Assembly: GCA_963745605.1 (NCBI GenBank)
Contig: CAVUYC010000027.1
Coordinates: forward strand, 9,190-73,189
Length of the DNA: 64,000 nucleotides
Source: an uncultured Chloroflexia bacterium
GTDB taxonomy: Bacteria; Chloroflexota; Dehalococcoidia; Dehalococcoidales; UBA2162
Reading direction: 5' to 3'
This document shows, piece by piece, positions 39,652-49,333 of the stretch. Each line of letters starts with the position of its first letter. The stretch's first letter is position 1. The notes beneath the pieces are model-generated. The model searched no databases. It was not told the origin of the DNA and was given only the letters and a program-made list of their open reading frames with translations. The position numbers and the translations under genes were made by a program.

Positions 39652-40479
39652 ATGAACGTGATCAAGCAACGATGGGCGCAGATTTTCGCCGTAGGATTGG
39701 TGATGCTGGCGGTGACTGACCTCACGCTTCGAGTGACCGGCGATCCCGCGTATTTCCCGACCGTAATGATGATCGGTGCTTTTCTCGTGCCGGTCGTCTT
39801 CGTCTCCTATTTCTACCAGCAGGAGACAATCTTCAACCGCGAAAACGGGTCTGGCAGCATCCTGCCTACTTTGCTGGCGTGTGCCCTCTTTGGGGGGTTC
39901 ATAGGAACGGTCACCGCGGGGATGCTGGAATACACAACGATGACCAGCTCTTCAACCCTGGCGGTGGCGTGGGTTGGTCCTATCGAGGAATTCGCCAAGC
40001 TGCTTGTTCCGGTCGCCCTGTACATCATCATGCGAAAAAGGTTTAGGACCGAACTTGACGGCCTCTTGCTCGGGGTCGCCGCCGGGATGGCATTCGCGGC
40101 GCTTGAGACCATGGGATACGAACTGGTCTCGCTTGTCAATTCTCAAGGCAACCTTAACGTGGTGGACGAGACGATATTGTTGAGAGGCCTTTTGTCTCCA
40201 GCCGGCCACGCGGCGTGGACCGGACTAATCACTGCGACGCTCTGGAGAGAAAGGCAGCGCACCGGGAAAGCAATCTCTCCCACTGTGTTTGCCTTTTTCC
40301 TCCTGGCCGCCGCTTTGCACAGCTTGTGGGACATCGCCAGTTCGGCTGGGAGCATGTTCATTCTAGTCCCCGCCTACATAGCCATAAGCGCAGTAAGCCT
40401 TGGCCTGCTGATCTGGAGATTAAGAGAAGCAAGACGGCAACAACCGGCGCCAGAAACGGTGCCCGTCATCTCCGGCTGA
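39652..40479 (+). CDS. PrsW family intramembrane metalloprotease
   Basis: GAGGAGA RBS before the ATG at 39652. GPIEEFAKLLVP (EExxK), SPAGHAAWTGL, LHSLWD motifs. Confidence 0.8.
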   Translation: MNVIKQRWAQIFAVGLVMLAVTDLTLRVTGDPAYFPTVMMIGAFLVPVVFVSYFYQQETIFNRENGSGSILPTLLACALFGGFIGTVTAGMLEYTTMTSSSTLAVAWVGPIEEFAKLLVPVALYIIMRKRFRTELDGLLLGVAAGMAFAALETMGYELVSLVNSQGNLNVVDETILLRGLLSPAGHAAWTGLITATLWRERQRTGKAISPTVFAFFLLAAALHSLWDIASSAGSMFILVPAYIAISAVSLGLLIWRLREARRQQPAPETVPVISG

Positions 40480-40690
40480 ACTTCTGATAGAGTTCAACGA
40501 AGGTGACGTTCAGAGCGAGCGACAAGATAGACGGTATCGCCAGTAGCCACAAATGCGCGGAGAGGTCGACGCCGAAATAAACCGCGCCAATTACCAGCGC
40601 GTAGGTGAAGATGGTCCCGAGGAAGACTGAACCTGCGGCGAGCGTGATGTATATGAAGACCGTGCCGCGCCGGCTTGACTGTTTCCTCAT
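40466..40690 (-). CDS. Small 2-TM membrane protein, hypothetical
   Basis: 74-aa ORF with two hydrophobic helices. It converges on the end of prsW and overlaps it by 14 bp. Confidence 0.35.
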   Translation of the reverse strand: MRKQSSRRGTVFIYITLAAGSVFLGTIFTYALVIGAVYFGVDLSAHLWLLAIPSILSLALNVTFVELYQKFSRR

Positions 40691-40894
40691 CCTCTCATCC
40701 CAGGAGAATTCCTAGTCTCATAGTATCGCCTTTCTCCTCGTGACGGATAATGCATGGGTCGCACTTCGCCATTCCGCCTGCTTCAACAAAACAATTCCCT
40801 CCAGGGATCCAGCCCCCTGACCCACCCATGTTTGACCCCGGCTGGCCAAAAACGATATTATGCTTTGTATACTTTATAGTTTGTATATTGGTTC

Positions 40895-41380
40895 ATGGCT
40901 GTAGAACGAGAGCAACTACTGGAAACAGTCTCGATGGACTTGCTGTCCATTCCGCCTCTTGTTTTCAGATCGCTGCGGAAGCGCGTTGCCAGGGCGCCGC
41001 TGGGCGAAGCTGAACGCAACATGACCTCCCATCATTTTGAGATCATGCGGCTTCTGGAAGAAGAAGGGTGTCTGAGCGCCTCGGAAATAGGCGATAGATT
41101 GCAGTTGGCAAAGGCACAGATGACGAAACTGATCGACCGTCTGGTGGCATCTGGCATAGCGGAAAGGACGTGTGACCCGGAGGACCGGCGAGTTTACGAG
41201 ATCAGGCTGACAGAGCAGTCCAGGGTGATTCTCGAGGAGCACAGAAAGAAAGCAATCGAGGCAATGCAGGACATCATCTGCAGACTTAGCGATCGAGAAC
41301 TGGAGAACATATCAAATTCGCTCAGGAGCCTGCGGGATCTGCTGGTCAGGAGCACTTGCGACAATCAGACAAGACTCTAA
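40895..41380 (+). CDS. MarR family transcriptional regulator
   Basis: 161 aa. Winged-helix segment SHHFEIMRLLEEEGCLSASEIGDRLQLAKAQMTKLIDRLVASGIAERTCDPEDRR. Confidence 0.85.
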   Translation: MAVEREQLLETVSMDLLSIPPLVFRSLRKRVARAPLGEAERNMTSHHFEIMRLLEEEGCLSASEIGDRLQLAKAQMTKLIDRLVASGIAERTCDPEDRRVYEIRLTEQSRVILEEHRKKAIEAMQDIICRLSDRELENISNSLRSLRDLLVRSTCDNQTRL

Positions 41381-41462
41381 CGCCGCGGCAGCCCAATTTC
41401 CACTCTCTCAGTGAGCCTCTAGAGCGCGCTTCTTTGACGTTGATTAACAGAGGAAAAGTGAT

Positions 41463-42884
41463 TTGGATAGAGCCGGAGTAGGTCCCAGCGCGAGAATGCG
41501 CAGGGACTGGACCCAGGGGAACATTTTCAGGAACCTTGTCTCGATTTCGTGGCCCATGGCAGTGACACAAACGATGATGTCACTCGGACCGACCATCGAC
41601 ATGATATGGGTGGGAAGGCTGGGAGATTCGGCGGTAGCCGCAGTGGGGGTCTCCGGGGTTGTGGTTATGCTGGCGATGGGTGTAATGATGGGTTTCAACA
41701 CCGGCATGCTCGCCCTCATCGCGCGTTCGATCGGTGCCAAAGACTTGAAAGGCGCGAACCACGTTGCCCAGCAGGCGGCGGTGGTCACCGCGGTCTATGC
41801 GATTGTGATCGCGCTGGTCGGAGAATTCTTCGGCGAGAACATCATCAGGCTGATTACCTCAGACCCGAAAATCGTGAGCATGGGAACCGCATATCTGCGC
41901 ATCGAGCTTCTTGGCGGAGCAACCATGGTTTTCAGGATGACCATGGATGTAATCATGCAGTCATCCGGCGATACGGTGAACCCGATGTGGATCGCGGCGG
42001 TGTACCGGGGGCTGCATATCCTCCTCTGTCCTTTTCTCGTTTTTGGATGGTGGATATTCCCGGAGATGGGCGTACAGGGAGCGGCGCTTACGGGCATCAT
42101 CGCTCAGGCTTTCGGAGTCATTCTAGGATTGAACGTGCTCTTCAGTTCCAGGTCTCGCCTCAGGCTGAGCTTCAAGAACTTCACGTTTGACCCCGGAGTG
42201 GTATGGAACATCGTCAAGATCGGCTTTCCCGCTTCGATATCAGGCATCCAACGCGGTCTTAGCCAGTTCTTCCTCCAGGTCTTCATAGCTCCATTTGGCG
42301 GCGCCGCTCTGGCGGCACACGTAATCACGCAAAGGATTGAAATGTTCATCTTCATGCCTGCAATGGCCTTCGGCATGGGTGCTGGAGTTCTCGTTGGTCA
42401 GAATCTGGGTGCCCAGCAGCCGAACCGAGCTGAGAGGAGTGCATGGATGGCTGTGGCGGTTGTGGAGGGCTTCATCTTGATCGCATCCGCAGTCATGTTC
42501 GCGTGGACAAGCCAGGTAGTGCATATCTTCGGCAACGATCCAGCCATGGACGCGGTGGCCATACAGTTTGTACATATCGCGATTGCTGGTTGGGCACTCA
42601 TGGGATTTATGTTTGTGTTGATGAACTGTTTGCAGAGCGCTGGAGATACTGTTCCCACCATGATTATCGGCATTGCAGCCACGTGGTTGATCACAATTCT
42701 TCCAGCATACTTGCTGCCAAAGTATACGAACCTCGGCGTGGAAGGCGTCCGCTGGGCGATGAGCGCATCGATAGTGTTCGGCGCCATAGCCAACTTCGTC
42801 TACTTCCGGACCGGGCGATGGAAGACCCGGCGTGTCGCGGTCGGACGGAACCGCCTGGCGATGGCTCCCGCGGCAGGGGAATGA
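41463..42884 (+). CDS. MATE family efflux transporter
   Basis: 473 aa, paralogous to 36685..38142 (RDWTQGNIFRNLVSISWPMAV). It sits directly downstream of marR. Confidence 0.85.
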   Translation: MDRAGVGPSARMRRDWTQGNIFRNLVSISWPMAVTQTMMSLGPTIDMIWVGRLGDSAVAAVGVSGVVVMLAMGVMMGFNTGMLALIARSIGAKDLKGANHVAQQAAVVTAVYAIVIALVGEFFGENIIRLITSDPKIVSMGTAYLRIELLGGATMVFRMTMDVIMQSSGDTVNPMWIAAVYRGLHILLCPFLVFGWWIFPEMGVQGAALTGIIAQAFGVILGLNVLFSSRSRLRLSFKNFTFDPGVVWNIVKIGFPASISGIQRGLSQFFLQVFIAPFGGAALAAHVITQRIEMFIFMPAMAFGMGAGVLVGQNLGAQQPNRAERSAWMAVAVVEGFILIASAVMFAWTSQVVHIFGNDPAMDAVAIQFVHIAIAGWALMGFMFVLMNCLQSAGDTVPTMIIGIAATWLITILPAYLLPKYTNLGVEGVRWAMSASIVFGAIANFVYFRTGRWKTRRVAVGRNRLAMAPAAGE

Positions 42885-42997
42885 ACAGATTCCCAACGTC
42901 TTACAGGCTCCAACCCCAGGTCCGGCGGAGCTTCACACCAGTTGCCTGAGGCAGCATCGATGACCGTGGTAGAATACGCAACGGCCGAACGGGCGTT

Positions 42998-43370
42998 ATG
43001 AACAAGATCGGGGTCGACGTCATTGAGATCGATCGCATAGAAGGAACACGTGGTACGATTCGGTCAACGGTTTCTGGACAGGGTTTACACCAAAGCCGAG
43101 CTGATGTTATGTAAACAAAAGGTGGAGCGACTGGCAGTGCGCTTCGCCGGCAAGGAGGCCGTGATGAAGGCCTTGGGCACGGGCGCAAGAGGGGTGGGGT
43201 GGAGAGATATCGAGATCCTGGCCAAGCCGTCAGGAGAGCCCACGGTTTCGCTTTATGGAAGGGCCGCGGCAGCAGCAGGCAAGCTGGGAATGGCCGAAAT
43301 GGCGATAAGTCTTTCTCATTCGCGCCAATATGCCGTGGCAGTAGCCGTGGCCGATGGCAAAACGAACTAG
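42998..43370 (+). pseudogene. acpS: Holo-[acyl-carrier-protein] synthase, frame-disrupted near 43044-43055 as sequenced
   Basis: ATG at 42998 gives MNKIGVDVIEIDRIEGT. The conserved continuation VRFGQRFLDRVYTKAEL...FAGKEAVMKALG...ISLSHS is in the next frame (ORF 43050..43370). Confidence 0.75.
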
Positions 43371-43969
43371 TCTCCCAGCCTGTTCCTCCTGACCCTGCCG
43401 GAAACGCTATCGAGAGACGAAGTCGATCCGTTCTTCCAGCAGCCTCTGAGGAAACGGCCGTCCATCTCAATCACTCTGTCGGCAACCTCTCGCAGGGGCC
43501 GTGAAGTCCTATCCTTGCCAAACAAAGCAACCTCGACGTTCTTGCCGTTGTCTTTGACGGACTGAAGCGCGCCCACGTAGTCAGTATCACCAGCCACTAT
43601 AACCGCCACGTCAAAATTGTTCTTGAAGCTGTGGGTTAGAAGATCGGTGGCGAGCTGGATATCCACCCCCTTCTCGTAAGGAGGGGAGTTCGGCCAGTCC
43701 TGATAGACGAGCCGGCCCAGGCGCAATTCGACGTACGGTGTGGATGTCACGCCGTTAAAGAAAGCCTGCTGCCGACGGTATCGGTCGCTCTCTTCTTTGC
43801 GGCCCACCCTCGCGTTGTAGTAGTAGACTCTGATCAGGCGACGTTTCTCGATGAGCCTGTCGGCCAGGCCTCCCATATCGATGTCGGTCCTGTTGAAAAA
43901 GCTCTTCAGAGAATGGTAAAGATTGCTGCCATCGATGAAGACCATTACTCGGTCGGTACGTTCGGGCAT
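43367..43969 (-). CDS. NYN domain (LabA/DUF88-like) protein
   Basis: VMVFIDGSNLY ... GVDIQLATDLL ... VAVIVAGDTDYVGAL. Confidence 0.8.
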   Translation of the reverse strand: MPERTDRVMVFIDGSNLYHSLKSFFNRTDIDMGGLADRLIEKRRLIRVYYYNARVGRKEESDRYRRQQAFFNGVTSTPYVELRLGRLVYQDWPNSPPYEKGVDIQLATDLLTHSFKNNFDVAVIVAGDTDYVGALQSVKDNGKNVEVALFGKDRTSRPLREVADRVIEMDGRFLRGCWKNGSTSSLDSVSGRVRRNRLGD

Positions 43970-43987
43970 ATTGCTCTTTCGTTTACC

Positions 43988-46600
43988 CTAGCACTTGGTA
44001 TAGCCGCAGCCAGGGCAGATAAAGCACCCCTCCTGGTAACGAAGCAGTCCACCGCAATCTGGGCATTGCCCGGCGACGTTCCGTATCGGGCCGGCAGACA
44101 CGGAGGTGTCTTCCTTGGATTCAAGAGCAACTTTGTTCTCTGCCGGTTCCGCGCCCTGTAATTGAGCATCGAGAACTGTGGCGATCGCGTCGGCGCACGA
44201 GAGGACCGATCTGCCTTCCTCCCACGCGATGGACGGACAGCGGATGCCACGCAGCTGCCGGACGATTTCCGCGGGGTCGACGCCTGATCGAAGGGCAAGC
44301 GAGATAAGGCGCGTGCTGGCTTCCAGTTGCGCGGAGGCACAGCCACCTGCCTTTCCGAGAGTGACAAAGACCTCGCAGATGCCCTTCTCGTCGGAGGATA
44401 CGGTCACGTACATATTGCCGCAACCAGTAGTCACCTTCTCGACGAAGGCCGTTGTCCTCTTCGGTCTTCTTCGAGGCGTCAAACGTGCGCCTGCGGACTC
44501 GACCCTCTTGTCCTTTGCTCCATCCGCAGCCTTGGTACTCATGGGCTGAGCATCGCGGCTGCCATCACGATATATGGTTATACCTTTCAGCCCGAGGTCG
44601 TGGGCCATCAGGTACACCTTGGCAACATCGGCTTCAGTCGCCTCCTCTGCAAAGTTCACCGTCTTGGACACGGCGTTGTCCGTGGACTTCTGAAAGGCAG
44701 CCTGCATACGGACGTGCCACTCCGGTGCGATCTCGTGGGCCGTCACGAACAGTCTCTTGGCAGCGTCGGGTACGCCCTCGACATCATGCAACTTAGTTCC
44801 CGTAGCGAGTTGCTTCATCAGGTCGTCTGAATAGAAACCACCTTCGCGGGCGGCTTCGGCAAATACCTGGTTTGCCTCGACCATGTTCGCTCCGTCAAGA
44901 ATGTTTCTGGTGAAGCTAAGGGCGAAAAGGGGCTCAATGCCACTGGAACAACCGGCGATGATGCTCAGCGTCCCGGTAGGGGCGATGGTCGTTCGCGAGG
45001 CGTTGCGAACCTTTGGTCCACCCGCAACGTCGTAGACACTACCCCTGAACGAGGGAAAAGTCCCGCGCTGAGCGCCAAGCTCGATAGACTCTTTTAGCGC
45101 CTCGTCATTGATGAAGCGCATCACGTCGGTCGCCACGGCGATGGCGGCGTCGGAGTCATACGGAATCCCTAGCTGCAGCAGCATGTCGGCGAAGCCCATC
45201 ACCCCAAGGCCTACCTTGCGGGTACTCCTTGTCTGGGCAGCAATCTCGGGCAGAGGGAAATTATTGACGTCGATGACGTCGTCGAGAAAACGGATGGCCG
45301 TCTTCACCGTCCGCGCCAGGCGCGCATAGTCGATCTCGAATCCTGCCAGCGGGGCTTTCTTCTTCTTCAGCATTCTGACGAGGTTTACCGATCCGAGGTT
45401 GCACGACTCATAGGGGAGAAGCGGCTGCTCTCCGCAAGGATTGGTGCTCTCGATGCGGCCGAGGTGGGGGGTGGGATTCTTTTCGTTGATGCGATCGATG
45501 AAGATAATCCCCGGGTCTCCGGTCTTCCACGCCGAAGACACGATCTTGTTGAACACTTCCCTCGCATTTAGTTTGCCGACGGCTTCGCAGGAATGAGGGT
45601 TAACCAGGTCGTAGTCCGACCCGGCCTTGACCGCCTCCATAAACTTGGCTGTTACAGCGACGGAAAGGTTGAAATTGGTGAAGACGTTGGGATCTTCCTT
45701 GGCTGTAATGAACCTCATAATGTCAGGATGGTCCACGCTCAAGATGGCCATATTGGCCCCGCGGCGCATTCCGCCCTGTTTGATCACGTCGGTAGCCGTG
45801 TCAAAGGCCCGCATGAAAGAAACCGGACCGCTCGCGACTCCACCGGTCGTACCCACCCGGTCTTTTTCCGGTCGAAGGCGGGAGAAAGAGAACCCGGTTC
45901 CACCTCCGCTCTTGTGAATGAGTGCAGTGTTCTTCACAGCGTCGAAGATGGACTCCATTGAATCCTCGACCGGAAGAACAAAGCAAGCGGAAAGCTGCCC
46001 AAGCTCACGGCCGGCGTTCATCAGAGTCGGAGAATTGGGGAGGAACTCGAGCTCCGTCATGACACGGTAGAACTCATCCTCCCAAACCTTGACGTCAGCG
46101 TTAGCGTCATTGATAATCTCGGCCGCGGCGATGGAACGGGCGACCCGATGGAACATGTCCTCGGCAGTCTCAATGACTTTGCCAGTCTTATCCTTTCGCA
46201 GGTATCTCTTCTCGAGCACCTGACGGGCATTGTCGGTCAATTCAAGTCCGTTGTTTATCTTAACCTCGGGTGTTCGAGTCTTGTGTTCGACCATGGGGGT
46301 ATCCTCCTTGTGTCGGGATTGGGCGGGATTGGCTTTCTCGTCTTCGGCGAGAATCTGCTCCACAATGGCCTGTATTTGAGCCCCGCTCGGAAGACGAGAC
46401 CGAGACCTCTTTGTCCTGGGCTTCGGCACATCGATTCCAGGTAGGGAAGTCTGTCGTTCCAGGCGTTCAATCACTCGCTGCGTGAGCCACTCGATCTTTT
46501 CGCGGTCGCGCAGCCCCATCGATTCAGCGTCGGCAACGACCGTCTTCAAGACCTCGATACGGTTTACGCCATCTTTCTTGTTCTCAGCGTCAGGGCTCAT
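43988..46600 (-). CDS. nrdJ: Adenosylcobalamin-dependent (class II) ribonucleotide reductase with a C-terminal zinc ribbon
   Basis: 870 aa. TNPCGEQPLLPYESCNLGSVNL active-site region. C-terminal CPDCGG...CFICPGCGYTKC. ATGA overlap with nrdR. Confidence 0.9.
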   Translation of the reverse strand: MSPDAENKKDGVNRIEVLKTVVADAESMGLRDREKIEWLTQRVIERLERQTSLPGIDVPKPRTKRSRSRLPSGAQIQAIVEQILAEDEKANPAQSRHKEDTPMVEHKTRTPEVKINNGLELTDNARQVLEKRYLRKDKTGKVIETAEDMFHRVARSIAAAEIINDANADVKVWEDEFYRVMTELEFLPNSPTLMNAGRELGQLSACFVLPVEDSMESIFDAVKNTALIHKSGGGTGFSFSRLRPEKDRVGTTGGVASGPVSFMRAFDTATDVIKQGGMRRGANMAILSVDHPDIMRFITAKEDPNVFTNFNLSVAVTAKFMEAVKAGSDYDLVNPHSCEAVGKLNAREVFNKIVSSAWKTGDPGIIFIDRINEKNPTPHLGRIESTNPCGEQPLLPYESCNLGSVNLVRMLKKKKAPLAGFEIDYARLARTVKTAIRFLDDVIDVNNFPLPEIAAQTRSTRKVGLGVMGFADMLLQLGIPYDSDAAIAVATDVMRFINDEALKESIELGAQRGTFPSFRGSVYDVAGGPKVRNASRTTIAPTGTLSIIAGCSSGIEPLFALSFTRNILDGANMVEANQVFAEAAREGGFYSDDLMKQLATGTKLHDVEGVPDAAKRLFVTAHEIAPEWHVRMQAAFQKSTDNAVSKTVNFAEEATEADVAKVYLMAHDLGLKGITIYRDGSRDAQPMSTKAADGAKDKRVESAGARLTPRRRPKRTTAFVEKVTTGCGNMYVTVSSDEKGICEVFVTLGKAGGCASAQLEASTRLISLALRSGVDPAEIVRQLRGIRCPSIAWEEGRSVLSCADAIATVLDAQLQGAEPAENKVALESKEDTSVSAGPIRNVAGQCPDCGGLLRYQEGCFICPGCGYTKC

Positions 46601-47131
46601 TTCTTGCCCCTCCTGCGCTTGCCAGCCGACTCGAGGTCACTTTCTGGAATGAGCGGCAACTGACTTGTAGTATCAGGGACCGTTTCCTCTCCACCAACGA
46701 GGCTGTCGATTTCATGCTTCAAGGCCGTAATGTCGGTGAACTGCCGGTAAACGCTGGCAAAACGGATGTACGCGATATAGTCTAGTCGCTTCAGTCTCTC
46801 CATGACCATGTCACCGATAGCCGAGGTGGGGACCTCGGCTTTTCCTGCAGCAAGGATTTCAGCCTCTATTTCGTCGGCCACCCTGTCAATAGTGCCCGTC
46901 GGAAGCGGACGCTTCTCGCATGCCTTATGTATTCCACTCAGCAGTTTCTCTTTATTGAATTCCTCGCGCCTCTGGTCCTTCTTGATAACGTAGAGTTCTG
47001 CAACCTGCAAGCGCTCGTAAGTGGTAAAACGCTGGCCGCATTGAAGGCATTCGCGTCGACGGCGGATGCCATCGCTGACATCGCGAATCGACAACTTTGG
47101 AATCGAGATACTGACAGTAAGGGCAATTCAT
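46597..47131 (-). pseudogene. nrdR: Transcriptional repressor NrdR, frame-disrupted near 47076-47086 as sequenced
   Basis: Own translation from ATG at 47131: MNCPYCQYLDSKVVDSR (first CxxC of the zinc ribbon). The rest, DVSDGIRRRRECLQCGQRFTTYERL plus the ATP-cone, is ORF 46597..47094 in the next frame. Confidence 0.8.
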
Positions 47132-47144
47132 TATGGAAAGAAAA

Positions 47145-47191
47145 CCACGTCCCGTAGTAGATCGAGGTCAGATTACCACAAGATGTAGTGG
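47145..47191. promoter_or_regulatory. Candidate NrdR boxes upstream of nrdR
   Basis: CCACAAGATGTAGTGG (47176-47191) fits the CAC-N8-GTG palindrome of NrdR boxes. A much weaker copy, CCACGTCCCGTAGTAG (47145-47160), has its centre 31 bp away. Confidence 0.3.
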
Positions 47192-47619
47192 GTGTCAATG
47201 GCTTTTTTGAACAATAACCCAAAAGAACTATGCTCTCGGGAAGACACATTCAACCGGCAGTTCACTCCGAGATCTTCCTGCCTCTTTGGTTTGCGGTCGA
47301 CGCAATGCACCAGGCGCCACCCCTTCCTCCATACCGTCTTCTCAGGCCAGCTTCGGTAGGTTCGTCCGTCGATCCTGCAAGTAGCCGTTAGACAACACTG
47401 CCCAAAATGATAATATGGTCGCGTAATTGGGGAGAGGATGATCAACACACGGCGATGATCCCTGATATCGCTGGGCTTGCTGCTGGATGTCTTGCATGAA
47501 CGGACGCCTACGATGCTTATCGAAATGCATGAGCAGCCGCGAAGTCTTTGTACAGCCTGCAAACGACGACGCCACACGATAGAGGGACTCTCACACTGAT
47601 TGATGGCGACGGAGGGAAC

Positions 47620-49333
47620 ATGGTTGATAAAAAGCAACTACTTACGATACTTGATCCTAGAGGCCAACCCAGCGGCATTTTCGGAATTGCACTGTCGCCG
47701 GAAAACGACATGATGGACTTGTTGGACCCGATGGGCCAGCCGGAGACTACGTTGCAGCTCAAGCATATGGCTGAGCGGCTGCCTACTCTCGACGGCAAAA
47801 CTGTCTATCTGGTAGAGACTGGCTTCGTCGGGGCCAGGGAATTCATGGAAGAGGTACAGGGCTGGTTTACCCGTAACAGGCCGAAGATCAAGACTGTATT
47901 CCGAAGCAAAGGAAATAATACCTTCGCCAATGACCCTGAACTATGGCAGGAGATTAAGAAGAACGGTGACGCCGCAATATTCGGCGTTGGATCATGAGAC
48001 GGGTGTTCGGCGAGTCTCGCCGATTTTGCTCGCAACATGGAGGACTCCGGTATCCCAACGGCTCCTGTTGCCACTGCTCACTTCGCTAACTACATGGCGA
48101 GGGATAGCCAGATACACGGTGTGCCTTTGCGTTTTAGTTTTCCACCCCACCCCACCGCCTGGGTGTCAGCGGGAAACCCACCGGCAGTATGTAGAGGGCG
48201 ACGATCCCGTATCCGGCCAGCCGTTGATGCAGGAGTTGATAGACGCCCTGACCAATCCACTGACGGAGGAGGAAAAACACCCTGTAGCGGTGAAGAGGTC
48301 CCGGAGGCCGCGGCTGTTGACGCCGGACACTGAGGATAATCTGAGACGATTGTTCGTCAAGAATGGTTGGACCGACGGGTTACCGATCATCTTGCCTACA
48401 GAAGAGCGTGTGGCTGAAATGCTTACCGGGACTGACCATGATCCTCAAGAAGTTATGGGGCATATGTCGGTCACGCCGCATGAGGAAAAGCTGGAATATA
48501 CGGTAGAGAAAGTAGCCGTTAACGCGGTCATGGCAGGTGCCCGTCCGGAACACCTTCCGGTGATACTGGCTTTGGCAGCCACGCAGCGGGCACTAATCCC
48601 TAGTTCGACTGGTTCATGGGCTCACATGATTGTTGTTAATGGTCCCATTCGGAATCAGATAGGCATGAACTGTGGCAGCAGTGCTCTGAGCCCGTTTAAC
48701 CTGGCTAACTCGGCTATAGGCAGGACCGGAACGCTCATGAGCATCAATTTTGGTGATATCAATTTTTCTGAGAACTTCACAGGAGGGGCGGGCAACAACT
48801 TCAACTACAACAACCTTTGCTGCGGTGAAAACCAGGAGCGGTCTCCATGGGAACCATTCCATGTGCAAAAAGGATTCAAAGCTGCTGACAGTACGATCAG
48901 TCTCTTTAGAGGCTGGAGCATGCAGGGCTTTAGCGTTGGGCCGGCGAAACGTATGGCAGAGCTTATGGGCAGGATGGGATTCCCAGTCACTTTTATTCTC
49001 GACCCGCTGGTAGCCAAGAACCTGAAGAAGGACGGCTTTGAAACCAAGCAGCAGTTGGGTGAATTCCTGGTCAAAGAAGCAAAAACTAACAGCCCAGCAG
49101 GACGTCCCATGGATGCTTCCGGCATCAACTTCATTGTCGTGGGCGGAGAATGGAACCCGATTTTTATGACGGCCGACTTTGTCTATCTGCAGACCGAACC
49201 CATCGATAAATGGATACCAAAGACAGGCATCAAAACAGATCTGACCTACCGGATGCCAGCCCAGGCCATCTGCAGCGAAGGGATCTGCGGTCTGGATTTG
49301 AATATACCGGATGACGTCGAGGTGAAAAAGTAG
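47620..49333 (+). pseudogene. GrdB-like Sec-module protein, paralog 2: in-frame TGA (47995-47997) plus one frame disruption at GGG 48171-48173 as sequenced
   Basis: GGAGGG RBS before the ATG at 47620. ...DAAIFGVGS-U-DGCSASLADFARNMEDSGIPTAPV...FSFPPHPTAWVS, then (skipping one G) AETHRQYVEGDDPVSGQPLMQELIDALTNPL... This is colinear with the intact paralog 3. Confidence 0.6.
48007..48023 (+). other. Candidate SECIS minihelix of paralog 2
   Basis: U-CGGCG-[AGUCU]-CGCCG-A starting at the 13th nt counted from the U of UGA. The loop contains GUC. Confidence 0.45.

Noticed and set aside
36685-42884. MATE/MFS/MarR-MATE genes as a special resistance island
   Set aside because: These are ordinary efflux genes with normal context and no mobility signatures, so they are not noteworthy beyond annotation.
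47995-47997. Treating the TGAs at 47995, 51646 and 10731 as genuine stops, giving a ~110-aa gene followed by a separate ~440-aa gene
   Set aside because: In the intact paralog the frame stays open across the TGA for 33 codons with no RBS or start in between. The residues on both sides form one conserved module (GxGxUxxC...GIPT...PHP) in all three copies, and a hairpin follows each TGA. Termination cannot be excluded without Sec-machinery or proteomic evidence.
9243-49333. Programmed +1 ribosomal frameshifting as the explanation for the seven frame disruptions
   Set aside because: There is no shared slippery or stall motif at the junctions. The contexts differ (G runs, CG repeats, ACACGTG), and the affected genes are functionally unrelated. 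Indel error is the simpler explanation.
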